A DNA stretch of 54,804 bases, filler included, from Stramenopiles sp. TOSAG23-2 (Eukaryota): NCBI GenBank assembly GCA_900128395.1. It is 3 parts of 3 records of this genome, joined end to end, with 100 filler letters (N's around TTAATTAATTAA, not from the genome) between each part and the next. Parts side by side here need not be neighbours in the genome. Positions count along the whole stretch, not along the records: positions 36,613 to 54,804 come from LT649615.1; 2 more parts are not named here. One strand, 5' to 3'. Shown piece by piece: positions 54,210-54,804 of this stretch. The notes beneath the pieces were generated by a model. The model was not told the DNA's origin. It searched no databases and saw only the letters and a list, made by a program, of their open reading frames with translations. A program made the translations under genes and the position numbers. Each line of letters opens with the position of its first letter. Position 1 is the stretch's first letter.

Positions 54210-54804
54210 AAAGATACGATAGCGTGATGTAATAGATATATTTGTTTTTATCAAAATAGAAATTTTTAAGTTTTCATGCAAGTATATGATTATTTAGAGG
54301 AGAAATGTTTTTGCGCGTTATTGTAATGGAGATATGATATGTGTGAGTGCACCTGAATACTAAAAGCGTTTAAAATTATCATATGACACACGGATCCGCT
54401 CTATATTATATATATATGATATCATATGATGTGTATTGGCAATATACCTATCATAAAGAATATTGTATAATCATATTGAGTGTAAAAAAAAATAGTTCCT
54501 TGGAAGTCATAAAAAATACACGAGAAGTTTCGTGGAAATCTATTTTATTTCTTTAAGATCTCTCTGCACTCTAAATATTAATATATAAAAAATTCTCTTA
54601 TTTATAATTTAAAGATTTTATTTACTCATATTGTATATATATATGTATGGAATTACCAGAAATAATAATTAAAGATAATATATATATTAATATAAAAAAT
54701 TCTCTTATTTATATCATAAGTTATATATATATCATCAGGAATGACTCTATTCGTCACACATCGGTTCAATCAAAAACAAATACAAAAACCGATAGCTCAC
54801 CAAC

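Overview
AT-rich, gene-dense eukaryotic nuclear DNA from a flagellated protist, probably a stramenopile (inferred from the V-ATPase A insertion, the kinase type and the ciliary genes). It is a draft scaffold with two 100-nt N gaps carrying TTAATTAATTAA spacers and one 16-nt gap. I can support about 23 protein-coding genes. Most are intronless; seven short GT-AG introns with CTAAC branch points were resolved by hand, which rebuilds several genes that the ORF track split or missed. Housekeeping and ciliary genes: V-ATPase A, LRRC51, p24, INPP5E-like, Sfi1-like, SLC35B1-like, ATP23, TCTEX1D2, an IQ-repeat protein and ZGRF1. The most notable locus is a spliced gene at 37355-40239 that fuses a minimal PARP-like ADP-ribosyltransferase, an FG-repeat spacer, a one-zinc degenerate RING, a Deltex C-terminal domain and two MLLE-like domains, resembling a PARP9/DTX3L pair in one chain. 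It lies head-to-head with a MORN-ankyrin-SAM-kinase-FYVE gene whose SAM domain is broken by an inverted templated copy of its own downstream sequence. No rRNA, tRNA, CRISPR or transposase was recognised. All domain calls come from motif recognition by eye, not from database searches.
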